DNA of 64,000 nt from Longimicrobiales bacterium (GCA_965226375.1 CBDDCX010000006.1:635131-699130), one strand, 5' to 3'; numbered from the stretch's first letter, positions 1 through 9,327 are shown. Translations and numbers: made by a program. The notes: generated by a model from the letters alone, not told the origin.

Positions 1-2
1 TG

Positions 3-599
3 CGCCACGTCATCGACGGCGATCCGGACTCGCCTTTGCTCAACTACGAGACGCGCTGCCCCTGCGGCGTGCACTACGTGCGAATCACTCCCGAGGGCAA
101 GGTCACGCCCTGCCCCTATATGCCCGTTGTCGCCGGCGACCTGATGAAGGACAGCTTCCGAACCATCTGGCAGACCTCGGAGGTCTTCAGTGATCTTCGG
201 TCGGGCCAGCTCTCGGGACGCTGTGGGCGCTGCGAATACCGCGAGGTATGCGGTGGCTGTAGAGCCCGGGCTTACGCGGAGACGGGCGATTTTCTGGGCC
301 CGGACGACTCGTGCGTCTACGAGCCCACGGGTGAGGTACCCCTGATTGCTCGGGTACAGGCCGTAGCCTACGGTCAGGCGGCCGCGTCCGAGATGGCTTG
401 GTCCCCAGAGGCCCGGGCTCGTCTGGACAAGGTTCCGAGTTTCGTGAGGGGGGTCGTGACGGCCCGCGTCGAGAAATTCGCCCTTGAAAGGGGCTATTCC
501 AGCGTAGATATCGAGGTCACGGAAGAAGTGCGTAAGAGCCTTCCCGTAGATTTCTCGAAAAAGCTTCCGTTCTTTCTCGGTAGAGGAGGTACGGCATGA
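3..599 (+). CDS. Radical SAM/SPASM protein (NirJ/AhbC/AhbD-like), 5'-partial, with C-terminal PCP_red-like domain
   Basis: SPASM cysteines CPCG..ITPEGKVTPCPY..CGRCEYREVCGGCRARAY..C; C-terminal WSPEARARLDKVPSFVRGVV..VEKFA resembles the protochlorophyllide reductase C-terminal domain; frame is open from the window start. Confidence 0.8.
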   Translation, partial: RHVIDGDPDSPLLNYETRCPCGVHYVRITPEGKVTPCPYMPVVAGDLMKDSFRTIWQTSEVFSDLRSGQLSGRCGRCEYREVCGGCRARAYAETGDFLGPDDSCVYEPTGEVPLIARVQAVAYGQAAASEMAWSPEARARLDKVPSFVRGVVTARVEKFALERGYSSVDIEVTEEVRKSLPVDFSKKLPFFLGRGGTA

Positions 600-680
600 A
601 CCGGCGCGCTAGAAGGCTGTTGACAAGAAAGGAAACGTGATGAGTCGAGGGAGCCGACGACTCGGCGTGGCAGTGCGGCA

Positions 681-2441
681 TTGAAGTTCCTGGGGGCCTT
701 GGGCCTGGTGGGCCTGGTCTTCCAGGTCTTCCCAGACGCCGCGTGGGCGCAGGACGTTGCGGTACGGCAGTACGGCGACTTTCCCATGGTGGGGAGTCGG
801 GTCGCGGTGTGGGTGGCCGCGCAGGTGCACCTCCTCTTCGCAGCGTTCGTTCTCGGGGTACCGATGTTTGCGGTCGTAGCAGAGGCCATCGGCATCTTCG
901 CGGGTCACGAGAAGTACGATAAGCTCGCCAAGGAATTCACCCGACTCCTCCTGGTGGCCTACTCAGCCACGGCGATCTGGGGAGCGATCCTATCCTTCCT
1001 GCTCGTCACCCTGTATCCGAGACTTTGGATCTATCTGGCGGAGATCTTCGAATTCTCCATGTGGATCTATGTAGGCCTCTTCTTTCTCGAGTCGTTCACG
1101 CTGTACCTCTACTACTACGGCTGGGATCGCTGGAAGAAGGGGCGTGCCAAGCTGGCTCACTGGGGTCTGGGCATCATGCTCAACGTGTGGGGCACCACCG
1201 TCATGTTCATCGCCAACTCCTGGTTGACGTACATGATGAGCCCGCCCGCCGATGTCGGCCCCGACACGTCACCGGCCATGGTCCAATTCTGGAGCGCCTT
1301 CGCCAACGCGACCTGGATGCCGATCAACATCCACCGGATTATCGCGAACGTGGTCTTCGGTGGTGCTATCGTGGGCGCCTACGCCGCCTACCGCTTCCTA
1401 ATGGCAAAGACGGATGAGGAACGCGCCCACTACGACTGGATGGGCTACGTCGGCAACCTGATCGCCATCGGTGCGCTCATCGTCCTTCCGTTCGCCGGTT
1501 ACTACCTGGGCCGCGAGGTCTACGAGTTCAACCAGCAAATGGGCATCACCATGATGGGCGGGTTCATGAGCTGGCTTTGGATTATCCAGGCCTTCCTCAT
1601 CGGTGTGTTGTTCCTGACCGGCAACTACTACCTCTGGGTGGGAATGGGCCGGATTCCCGGGGCCGAACGTTTCACTCCCTACACGAAATACATGCTGGTG
1701 GTACTCGTGATCGGGGTGATGGTATGGGCCACGCCGCACACCATGATCGCCAACAGAGAAGAAATCGCCGCGATGGGAGGCACCAACCACCCCTTCCTGG
1801 GTGTCCTCGGGGTCATGAGCGCCAAGAACACGGCTGTGAACATCATGATCCTGACCACGTTCCTGTCCTTCCTGCTCTATCGTCGCGCAAACATTCGGCC
1901 GACGGTCAGTTGGGCGAGGACCGGAACCCTGATTCAGGCGGCTCTGTTCATCATCGCCGCGGGCATCGTGATCTTCTACGGGATCTACGGATACTTCGTC
2001 AGCGCAATCGTCCGGATTGGATTCTCGGTCTATCAGGTGCTGGCGGTGCTCTTCACGATCTTCGCGGTCGTCGGGATCGATATTGTTCTCGCGCGGGGCG
2101 CGGAGTCCAGGGGCGAGATCCGCTGGGGACAGATGCCTCCGAGGTCTCAGTACGCCCTCTTCATTCTCGCCGTCACGTTCACCTGGCTCATGGGCCTCAT
2201 GGGCTTCGCTCGCAGTGGAATCCGACAGCACTGGCACGTCTGGGAGGTCATGCGTGACACCAGCGAGTGGGCGGCGACGCCGGCCCTGGGCTACGCGTCC
2301 GTGGTGATCTCGGTGTGTGTGCTGATCTTCCTCACGTTGGTTGCCTTCATCTTCTGGCTCGGCGGACTCGCGGAGAAGCCTGTGATATCGGGCGCCGGTG
2401 CCTCGTCCTCGCCTGAGCTCGCTCCTGCGGCAGGCGATTGA
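681..2441 (+). CDS. Cytochrome bd-like oxidase subunit I (CydA superfamily, non-quinol OR-N-like type)
   Basis: Polytopic; QVHLLF (H19-like), FFLES (E107-like), NIHRIIAN (H186-like), RQHW (RQPW-like); no Q-loop; no cydB follows. Start uncertain: an RBS plus ATG at 640 is out of frame. Confidence 0.8.
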   Translation: MKFLGALGLVGLVFQVFPDAAWAQDVAVRQYGDFPMVGSRVAVWVAAQVHLLFAAFVLGVPMFAVVAEAIGIFAGHEKYDKLAKEFTRLLLVAYSATAIWGAILSFLLVTLYPRLWIYLAEIFEFSMWIYVGLFFLESFTLYLYYYGWDRWKKGRAKLAHWGLGIMLNVWGTTVMFIANSWLTYMMSPPADVGPDTSPAMVQFWSAFANATWMPINIHRIIANVVFGGAIVGAYAAYRFLMAKTDEERAHYDWMGYVGNLIAIGALIVLPFAGYYLGREVYEFNQQMGITMMGGFMSWLWIIQAFLIGVLFLTGNYYLWVGMGRIPGAERFTPYTKYMLVVLVIGVMVWATPHTMIANREEIAAMGGTNHPFLGVLGVMSAKNTAVNIMILTTFLSFLLYRRANIRPTVSWARTGTLIQAALFIIAAGIVIFYGIYGYFVSAIVRIGFSVYQVLAVLFTIFAVVGIDIVLARGAESRGEIRWGQMPPRSQYALFILAVTFTWLMGLMGFARSGIRQHWHVWEVMRDTSEWAATPALGYASVVISVCVLIFLTLVAFIFWLGGLAEKPVISGAGASSSPELAPAAGD

Positions 2442-2502
2442 ATGAAAGGCCCGGCTGTCTAGACATGAATACGACTTCTGACTCGAGAGACTGAGACGCG
2501 CG

Positions 2503-3300
2503 ATGCTTGCAGAGAATCTGAGGATCTTGGCGGTCGTTCTCGGGACCCTTGGGATCTTCACCCTGGTGGCGAACTCCATTCCCCAAGTCCAGTCCGAGGT
2601 GCCACAGGAGCTGACCTTTGGAGCCAACGTCACGGCGGCCGAATTGGTCTCGTCGGGAGGGACCCTTTACAACGGGGCGGGCGGTTGTGTGGCCTGCCAC
2701 GGGCTGGGGACTCGCGCCCCCAACCTCTTGACGGACGCAGGCGGCACGGGCTCCATCGGGCAACGTTGTGGCGACCGCGTGAGTGGGCAGGACTGCAAGA
2801 CCTACTTGTACAACTCCATGACGGACCCGGCCGGCTTCCTGGTCGAAGGCTATAATCCGATCATGCCCGACATGCGCCGCTCCCTTTCGGACGCACAAAT
2901 CTGGTCGGTCGTCGCCTTCCTGCAGGATCAGGGTGGCGAAGTAACGGTCACCGGAGCTGACCTCACCGCAGAGGACGGAGGGGCGGAGCCGGCCGCTGCT
3001 GCTGCGCCCACGGCCGCTGCTCCGGCGACTGCATCCCTCGATCCCGTCGAAATCATGCGGGCCAATACCTGCCTGGTATGTCATCAGTTCAACGGTGAAG
3101 GCGCGCCCATGGGACCGCCCTTCGACGGGATGGGGGGACGGGTAGACGCGGACTACATCCGCCAATCGATCCTGGACCCGTCGGCGGGCGCATCGGCGGG
3201 CTTCGAAGCGTTCATCGGCGTCATGCCGGCGATCTTCGGTAGCCAGCTTACGGCCGCGCAGCTCGAGGCCGTGGTTCAGTTCCTGGCCAGCCAACAGTAA
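2503..3300 (+). CDS. Membrane-anchored diheme cytochrome c
   Basis: N-terminal TM helix; CVACH and CLVCH each followed by a distal MP motif; Ala/Pro linker between domains. Confidence 0.9.
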   Translation: MLAENLRILAVVLGTLGIFTLVANSIPQVQSEVPQELTFGANVTAAELVSSGGTLYNGAGGCVACHGLGTRAPNLLTDAGGTGSIGQRCGDRVSGQDCKTYLYNSMTDPAGFLVEGYNPIMPDMRRSLSDAQIWSVVAFLQDQGGEVTVTGADLTAEDGGAEPAAAAAPTAAAPATASLDPVEIMRANTCLVCHQFNGEGAPMGPPFDGMGGRVDADYIRQSILDPSAGASAGFEAFIGVMPAIFGSQLTAAQLEAVVQFLASQQ

Positions 3301-3317
3301 GGGGAGGCGGAACGCGA

Positions 3318-4115
3318 ATGGGCAAACACTTCAAGCATCCCTTCGGCCAAGCGGTTCTGGTCTTGGCGCTGTCGTACATCGTGCTGGACTATGGCATCGT
3401 ATATCTCCCACCCCTGGTCGGGATCGCCAGCGCCCCCATCCCGAACTCCGTCCTCTTCCAGTTCATGCTGACGGCCGCCGTCGGCGTATTGCTCTGGGTG
3501 AGTGACAACGAGGAGCGTTGGACGGAGTTCAAGGCCCCGATACACCGGACAATGGTGGATCCGCAGAAGAAAACGGTACGGGGACTCTTCATGGTGGCCA
3601 TCCCCCTTCTGGTGGCTTTCGGCACGTTCAACCGGGTCCGGCCGTCCGTGGCCGCGCCCATCAGCCTCAGGTCGGTCCATCCGGCTCCTCCCGGCCGGAT
3701 CGACTTTCAGGGCACGGACATGGAGCTTGCCGGACTCGAGAACCCTTTGAGGTCGACGGGCTCTATGGAGGACCACTATGAAGAGGGCAAGAGGATCTAC
3801 TATGAGAACTGCCTCGCTTGCCACGGCGACGGGCTGAACGGGCAGGGCCACTACGCGGCCGCGTTCACCCCGGCCCCCGCCAACTTCGAAGACATCGGCA
3901 CCATCGCCCAGCTGACGGAAAGTTTCGTCTTCTGGAGGATCGCCAAGGGCGGCCCCGGCCTCCCGAATGAAGGCGCCCCCTGGAATTCGGCGATGCCGGC
4001 CTGGGAAGATTTTCTGACCGAGGACGAGATCTGGTCGGTGATCATCTTTTTGTATGAGCAGACGGGGCATGAGCCTAGGACTTGGGAGGAAGCTGAAGAG
4101 GGGGAGGAGCACTGA
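3318..4115 (+). CDS. Membrane monoheme cytochrome c
   Basis: About three N-terminal hydrophobic segments; CLACH; SAMPAW distal Met. Confidence 0.9.
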   Translation: MGKHFKHPFGQAVLVLALSYIVLDYGIVYLPPLVGIASAPIPNSVLFQFMLTAAVGVLLWVSDNEERWTEFKAPIHRTMVDPQKKTVRGLFMVAIPLLVAFGTFNRVRPSVAAPISLRSVHPAPPGRIDFQGTDMELAGLENPLRSTGSMEDHYEEGKRIYYENCLACHGDGLNGQGHYAAAFTPAPANFEDIGTIAQLTESFVFWRIAKGGPGLPNEGAPWNSAMPAWEDFLTEDEIWSVIIFLYEQTGHEPRTWEEAEEGEEH

Positions 4116-4177
4116 TGCGGGGCTTCGCGAAGGACATGGCAAGGAGCGTTTGTGTCGGATCCTCTTGCTTTGTGGGT

Positions 4178-4258
4178 AGGGGCCTTCGCGGGTTTCCCTC
4201 TCCACTCAAGCAATCTTCGATTGAACTTCGTTCCGAGGGAAACCTCGCGGCGGCCCCT
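4178..4258. repeat. Intergenic long imperfect palindrome (REP-like or structured RNA)
   Basis: AGGGGCC..CGCG.GGTTTCCCTC pairs with GAGGGAAACC.CGCG..GGCCCCT and encloses two small hairpins. Confidence 0.6.
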
Positions 4259-4270
4259 GGAGCACGGCGG

Positions 4271-5869
4271 ATGACGGATCCGCTGAACATGCGGATCACC
4301 AAGGTGGTCGCGGGGGCATTCGCTCTCATCCTGGTTTTCTGGCTTGGGGCGGGAGGGTTGGAGGGACAGGAGGGCGGCGACCTCGGACAGGTCACTTATG
4401 AACAGTGGTGTGCGGGTTGCCACGGGTTGGACGGGACGGGGACGGGGGATGGGGCTTCGATCATGTTGCCTCGGCCTCGGGATTTCAGTCAGGCGCTGTA
4501 CCAGATCCGGACTACGGCCAGTGGGGAGCTTCCGACGGACGATGACATTCTGAACGTTATCGATGTGGGAATGCCGGGGACGACGATGCCGGGGTGGGAA
4601 GACCTGTTGTCGCGGGATGAGCGCGAGGCGCTGGTTCAATACCTCAAGACGTTTTCGCGGTTTTTCTCGCCCGACGAGGTGCCCGAGGCTCTCGACTTCG
4701 GCAGGCCGACCAGGGTGTCGGAGGAAGTGCTCGTGGAGGGAAGGGCCCAATACGACGCGATCGAGTGCTGGAAGTGTCATGGCGACCAGGGGCGCGGTGA
4801 GGGACAGTCCTCGCCCACGCTGGGTGACGACAACGGCTTCCCGGTCCGGGCGGCGGACCTGACCGAGAACTGGTTGTTCAACGGCGGAGGCACGGTCGAA
4901 GACATCTATGCCCGTCTGCGTACGGGTCTCGATGGAACGCCCATGCCTAACTTCTCGGACCTGATCGACGCCGAGGTCATGACCGACGACCAGCTCTGGG
5001 CGCTCGCGCACTACGTGCGGAGCCTTTCCCCCGAGGAATCCCCCGGGATCGAAGAGGTGGTGAAGGCCGAGCTCCTTGAGGACGCCGCACTCCCTACGAC
5101 CGTCGACGACCCGCTGTGGGACTCCGCCGAGGCGGCGTACATCCCGCTGGCGGGACAGATCATCGTGAAGCCCCGTTGGTTCGACCCGCGGGTCGACGGC
5201 GTGTGGGTCCAGGCCATCCACGACGGCCAGGACGTCGCCGTGCGAGTGCGCTGGAGCGACCCCAATCTGAGCCCGGATCCGGAGTGGGCCGACTGGAAGT
5301 CAGAGGTCGTCTCGTATATGGGCCCCGCAGAAGGTGACCCACCCGAAGCCGGGCCGACACCGGATCAACTCCTCATCCAGTTCCCCATGCAGATGCCTCA
5401 GGGGATGGAGCGACCGTACTTCATGAGGGGCGACAACCGTCGCCCGGTCTATCTCTGGCAGTGGCAGGGTGATCGCAGCACGGCCCTGGAGGGCGAGGCC
5501 AGAGGGATAGGCACCGAGACTTATCCGACGGACGGACAGGACCTCAGCTTGAACGCCTCTCACGTGGACGGCCAATGGCAGGTTATGTTCACCCGCTCTC
5601 TGGTCACCGCGGACGAGGCCGATCTGGACTTCGTCACGGGACAAGCCATACCGGTGGCGTTCTTCGCCTGGGATGGGGACAACGGAGAGTCGGGCACGCG
5701 AGGTGCCGTGAGTTCGTGGTATTTTCTGTTCCTCCAGGACGCCACGTCCAACACCGTGTACATTGCCCCGGTCCTGGCTATGATGCTCACGGCGGGTCTC
5801 GGTATTCTCGTGGTGGGGAGGGCTCAGAAGCGGGAGGAAGAGGGCGGGATTGTCGAAGAAACGGAATAA
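4271..5869 (+). CDS. Diheme cytochrome c fused to EbdC/DOMON-like (DMSO reductase family heme b subunit-like) domain, C-terminal TM anchor
   Basis: Signal peptide, CAGCH and CWKCH, then V.AIHDG....VRW.D / PYFM.GD / W.VMFTRSL / VAFFAWDG pattern, C-terminal TM; start probably 4271 or 4289 rather than 4115. Confidence 0.85.
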   Translation: MTDPLNMRITKVVAGAFALILVFWLGAGGLEGQEGGDLGQVTYEQWCAGCHGLDGTGTGDGASIMLPRPRDFSQALYQIRTTASGELPTDDDILNVIDVGMPGTTMPGWEDLLSRDEREALVQYLKTFSRFFSPDEVPEALDFGRPTRVSEEVLVEGRAQYDAIECWKCHGDQGRGEGQSSPTLGDDNGFPVRAADLTENWLFNGGGTVEDIYARLRTGLDGTPMPNFSDLIDAEVMTDDQLWALAHYVRSLSPEESPGIEEVVKAELLEDAALPTTVDDPLWDSAEAAYIPLAGQIIVKPRWFDPRVDGVWVQAIHDGQDVAVRVRWSDPNLSPDPEWADWKSEVVSYMGPAEGDPPEAGPTPDQLLIQFPMQMPQGMERPYFMRGDNRRPVYLWQWQGDRSTALEGEARGIGTETYPTDGQDLSLNASHVDGQWQVMFTRSLVTADEADLDFVTGQAIPVAFFAWDGDNGESGTRGAVSSWYFLFLQDATSNTVYIAPVLAMMLTAGLGILVVGRAQKREEEGGIVEETE

Positions 5870-5907
5870 CGCTGAACTGAATCATTCACAGGTATTAGGA
5901 GGGCAGT

Positions 5908-6759
5908 ATGACGGATCGAACTGAACTGCGTAGGGTGTTCACGCCCGCGCTGGTGGCACTTTTTGCTATGGGCTGCGGTGGTGGTGACGGTGGCGGAAGC
6001 AGCTCCGGTGGCGACTCCGGCGGAGCCGCAGTCGAGAACCCGGTCGACGCGGCGACGGCGGGTAACATCGCCGGTTCCATCGTCTTCGAGGGCGACGCAC
6101 CCGCGATGGCCACCATCGACATGAGCGACGAACAGGTGTGCGCGGACAAGCACTCGTCGACTCCCATGATCGAAGAGGTCTCGGTGAGCGACGGCATGCT
6201 CGCCAACGTGTTCGTCTACGTTAAGGAGGGGCTGGAGAGCCTGCAGTTTCCGACCCCTGGCCCAGCGCTTCTCGACCAGGACGGTTGCACATACCTCCCG
6301 CACGTCCTCGGCGTCATGACGGACCAGGACATCACCATCCGTAACAGCGACGGCGTGCTGCACAACATCAACGCCTCGCCGAGCGAGCAGCGTGGCTTCA
6401 ACACCAGTCAGCCGATCAACATGGAGAGCACCCGGAGCTTCGGCACGGTCGAGATCATGGTTCCGGTGCGCTGTGACGTGCATGGCTGGATGACCGCCTA
6501 CATCGGTGTGCTGCCTCACCCGTACCATTCGGTGTCCAGCTCCGACGGAAGCTTCGACCTGTCCACGCTCCCCCCGGGTGACTATGTGATCGAGGCATGG
6601 CACGAGCGCTACGGTGCTCAGACTCAGAACGTAACCGTGGCCACCGGCGAGACCGCCGAGGTCACGTTCACTTTCAGCGCGTCCATGGCCGGTGCCGTAG
6701 TTCCGTTGGGTGAGCCCGTCGATCTTCACGACCACACGGCGGCTACCGACAGAGACTAG
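5908..6759 (+). CDS. Lipoprotein with cupredoxin-like and carboxypeptidase-regulatory-like domains
   Basis: Lipobox FAMGC; LHN...CDVHGWM (His/Cys/His/Met type-1 Cu-like set); C-terminal DGSFDL..LPPGDY.IEAWHE beta-sandwich. Confidence 0.75.
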   Translation: MTDRTELRRVFTPALVALFAMGCGGGDGGGSSSGGDSGGAAVENPVDAATAGNIAGSIVFEGDAPAMATIDMSDEQVCADKHSSTPMIEEVSVSDGMLANVFVYVKEGLESLQFPTPGPALLDQDGCTYLPHVLGVMTDQDITIRNSDGVLHNINASPSEQRGFNTSQPINMESTRSFGTVEIMVPVRCDVHGWMTAYIGVLPHPYHSVSSSDGSFDLSTLPPGDYVIEAWHERYGAQTQNVTVATGETAEVTFTFSASMAGAVVPLGEPVDLHDHTAATDRD

Positions 6760-6850
6760 AACGCAGGGAGGGCCCGTCGGTTGAGTGCGGCCGGCGGGGC
6801 CGACCCGAAGTGTTGTTCCAATCGAGCTTCCGGCTCGGGAGAGGAATCAG

Positions 6851-7534
6851 ATGAACTTTTCCTGGCTCATGCCAGAGACCGTGTCCACCTTTGGACCGGC
6901 CCTGGACGACCTCTACTACGTGATCCTGTGGATTACGGGCATCGTGTTCTTCATCACGGAGATCGTGTTGGTGGTCCTCCTGGTGAAGTACCGCTACAAG
7001 GAAGGTCGCAAGGCTGCATACATTCACGGCAGCAACAAGGCCGAGGTCGTTTGGACCATCACCCCGTTCGTCATCGTGATGGGGCTAGTCATCTATTCCA
7101 AAGGACTCTGGGACGAAATCCGGGATCCGGCGAACATTCCGCCCAACGCGTATGCGATCGACGTCACGGCAAAGCAGTACGAGTGGAACGCGACGTACCC
7201 GGGTGCGGATGGTCAGCTTGGCACCGCGGACGACTTCGTATCTCGAAACGCACTGCATATTCCGGTGGATCGACCGGTGCGAGTCAACCTCCGCGCCGAA
7301 GACGTGCTCCACTCCTTCTTCCTTCCCGCGTTCCGGGTAAAGCAGGACGCGGTGCCCGGCATGATGACCCCGGTGTGGTTCGAGGCGACCCGGACGGGTG
7401 AGTTCACGCTCGCATGTGCGGAGCTGTGTGGACTGGGGCACTACCGAATGAAGGGCTCTGTCACGGTCCATTCGCAGGCCGATTTCCAGTCCTGGCTCGA
7501 CGGCCGGCAAGCCGACGAGGAGGACGACCGATGA
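6851..7534 (+). CDS. coxB: Cytochrome c oxidase subunit II
   Basis: Two TM helices; DVLHSF and CuA motif CAELCGLGHYRM; RBS GAGGA before ATG 6851; no fused cytochrome c. Confidence 0.95.
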   Translation: MNFSWLMPETVSTFGPALDDLYYVILWITGIVFFITEIVLVVLLVKYRYKEGRKAAYIHGSNKAEVVWTITPFVIVMGLVIYSKGLWDEIRDPANIPPNAYAIDVTAKQYEWNATYPGADGQLGTADDFVSRNALHIPVDRPVRVNLRAEDVLHSFFLPAFRVKQDAVPGMMTPVWFEATRTGEFTLACAELCGLGHYRMKGSVTVHSQADFQSWLDGRQADEEDDR

Positions 7535-9324
7535 GCACGACTACTGTAGCCGAGACGCACGCCGGCCAGGTAGAGGAGCACCACGACCTCGGCTTCATCC
7601 GGACTTATGTGTTCTCGACCGATCACAAAATGATCGCCCGGCAGTTCCTCTTCACCGCGTTGTTCTTCCTGCTGCTGGGAGGTATCCTGGCCGGAATGGT
7701 CCGCTGGCAACTCGGGTTCCCCGGCCAACCGATACCGCTAGGCAACCTCTTGCCGGACACCATGGCCCCGGGCGGGATCATCCTACCGGAGTTCTACAAC
7801 TCGTTGGTGACGATGCACGCCACCTTCATGGTGTTCTTCGCACTCATGCCCATGCTGGCGGGCGTCTTCGGCAATCTGCTGATTCCCCTCCAGATCGGCG
7901 CGGACGACATGGCGTTCCCGCGCCTCAACATGGTTTCCTTCTGGGTCGTGCCGGTCGCTGGTACAGTCATGCTGGCCAGCTTCTTCGTTGAGGGGGGAGC
8001 GGCTGGAGCCGGATGGACGTCCTACGCGCCCCTGAGCACGTCGGGTGAGTGGACCGGCGTCTATATGGGGCAGATACTCTGGCTCGTCAGCCTCATCATC
8101 GTGGGCTTCTCGTCCATCCTGGGTGCGGTCAACTACGTCTCGACGGTCATCAACATGCGGGCACCGGGCATGACCTGGTTCCGGATTCCGCTTGCCACCT
8201 GGTCCCTCTTCGTCACTGCGTGGCTGCTCCTGCTGGCCGTGCCGATCCTTACGGGTGGGCTCATCCTGCTGCTCTTCGACCAGACTATCGGGACCGCCTT
8301 CTTCCGCCCCGAGGGGAGCGGCGAGCCGCTATTGTGGCAGCACATATTCTGGTTCTTCGGCCACCCGGAGGTTTACGTCCTGATCCTTCCGGCCATGGGG
8401 TTCGTCTCGGACATCATCGCCTGCAGGTCACGGAAGCCGATCTTCGGGTACCACGCGATGGTCATAGCCATCGCCTCGATCGCGTTCCTGGGATGGATCG
8501 TGTGGGGTCACCACATGTTCCAGAGCGGCATGAACCCACTCCTGGGTATGACCTTCATGGTTACGACGGTGGTCATCGCTGTGCCGTCGGCCATCAAGAC
8601 GTTCAACTGGCTGGGGACGTTATGGCGCGGCAACATCCATCTCGACACGCCGCTTCTGCACGCCGTCTCCTTCGTGGCGCTTTTCATCATCGGCGGCCTC
8701 TCGGGAATCTTCATGGCCGTGGCGCCCGTAGACATCTACATCCACGACACCTACTTCATCGTGGCGCACCTCCACTACGTACTGGTGGGCGGAACTCTGT
8801 TCGGGATCTTCGCCGGCATCACGTTCTGGTTCCCGAAGATGTTCGGGCGCTTGATGCACGAAGGCTGGGGCAAGGTGCACTGGGTCCTGTCGTTCATCTT
8901 CTACAACCTGACGTTCTGGCCCATGCACACCCTGGGTGTCCAGGGCATGATGCGGCGGATCTACGACCCCAACCAGTACGAGTTCCTTCAGTCGCTCCAA
9001 CCGACGAACACGTTCATATCCATCAACATGTTCATCTTTGCGAGCGTGCAGGCGATCTTCGCATTCAACTTCATCTGGAGCCTGTTCAAGGGCAGGAAAT
9101 CCGGCAACAACCCCTGGAAGTGCAGTACGCTCGAGTGGACCGTTCCCTCACCTCCGCCTCACGGAAACTTCCCGGAGATGCCCATCGTTTACCGGGGGCC
9201 TTACGAGTACAGCCACCCGGACCGCGAGGAGGACTTTTATCCACAAGACGTACCGCCACCCACGAGTGAGGCTGGTGGACAGCGTGTCGAAGCACCCACC
9301 GCCGAACCCGTGCCAGGAGACTGA
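7531..9324 (+). CDS. coxA: Cytochrome c oxidase subunit I, A1 type
   Basis: TDHK, TMHA, DMAFPRLN, FGHPEVY, WGHHMF, AIKTFNW, AHLHY, MRR; ATGA overlap with coxB. Confidence 0.97.
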   Translation: MSTTTVAETHAGQVEEHHDLGFIRTYVFSTDHKMIARQFLFTALFFLLLGGILAGMVRWQLGFPGQPIPLGNLLPDTMAPGGIILPEFYNSLVTMHATFMVFFALMPMLAGVFGNLLIPLQIGADDMAFPRLNMVSFWVVPVAGTVMLASFFVEGGAAGAGWTSYAPLSTSGEWTGVYMGQILWLVSLIIVGFSSILGAVNYVSTVINMRAPGMTWFRIPLATWSLFVTAWLLLLAVPILTGGLILLLFDQTIGTAFFRPEGSGEPLLWQHIFWFFGHPEVYVLILPAMGFVSDIIACRSRKPIFGYHAMVIAIASIAFLGWIVWGHHMFQSGMNPLLGMTFMVTTVVIAVPSAIKTFNWLGTLWRGNIHLDTPLLHAVSFVALFIIGGLSGIFMAVAPVDIYIHDTYFIVAHLHYVLVGGTLFGIFAGITFWFPKMFGRLMHEGWGKVHWVLSFIFYNLTFWPMHTLGVQGMMRRIYDPNQYEFLQSLQPTNTFISINMFIFASVQAIFAFNFIWSLFKGRKSGNNPWKCSTLEWTVPSPPPHGNFPEMPIVYRGPYEYSHPDREEDFYPQDVPPPTSEAGGQRVEAPTAEPVPGD

Positions 9325-9327
9325 TCT

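Noticed and set aside
3..599. Photosynthesis gene (bchB) or RiPP maturase
   Set aside because: Only the small C-terminal PCP_red-like domain is present, fused to SPASM; no bch genes or precursor peptide visible
4115..4270. N-terminal extension of the cytochrome c fusion
   Set aside because: Translates a palindromic spacer; the signal peptide starts at 4271 or 4289
681..5869. Evidence for nitrite or manganese oxidation
   Set aside because: Similar modules occur in such lithotrophs, but no nxrAB or other catalytic subunit is in this window
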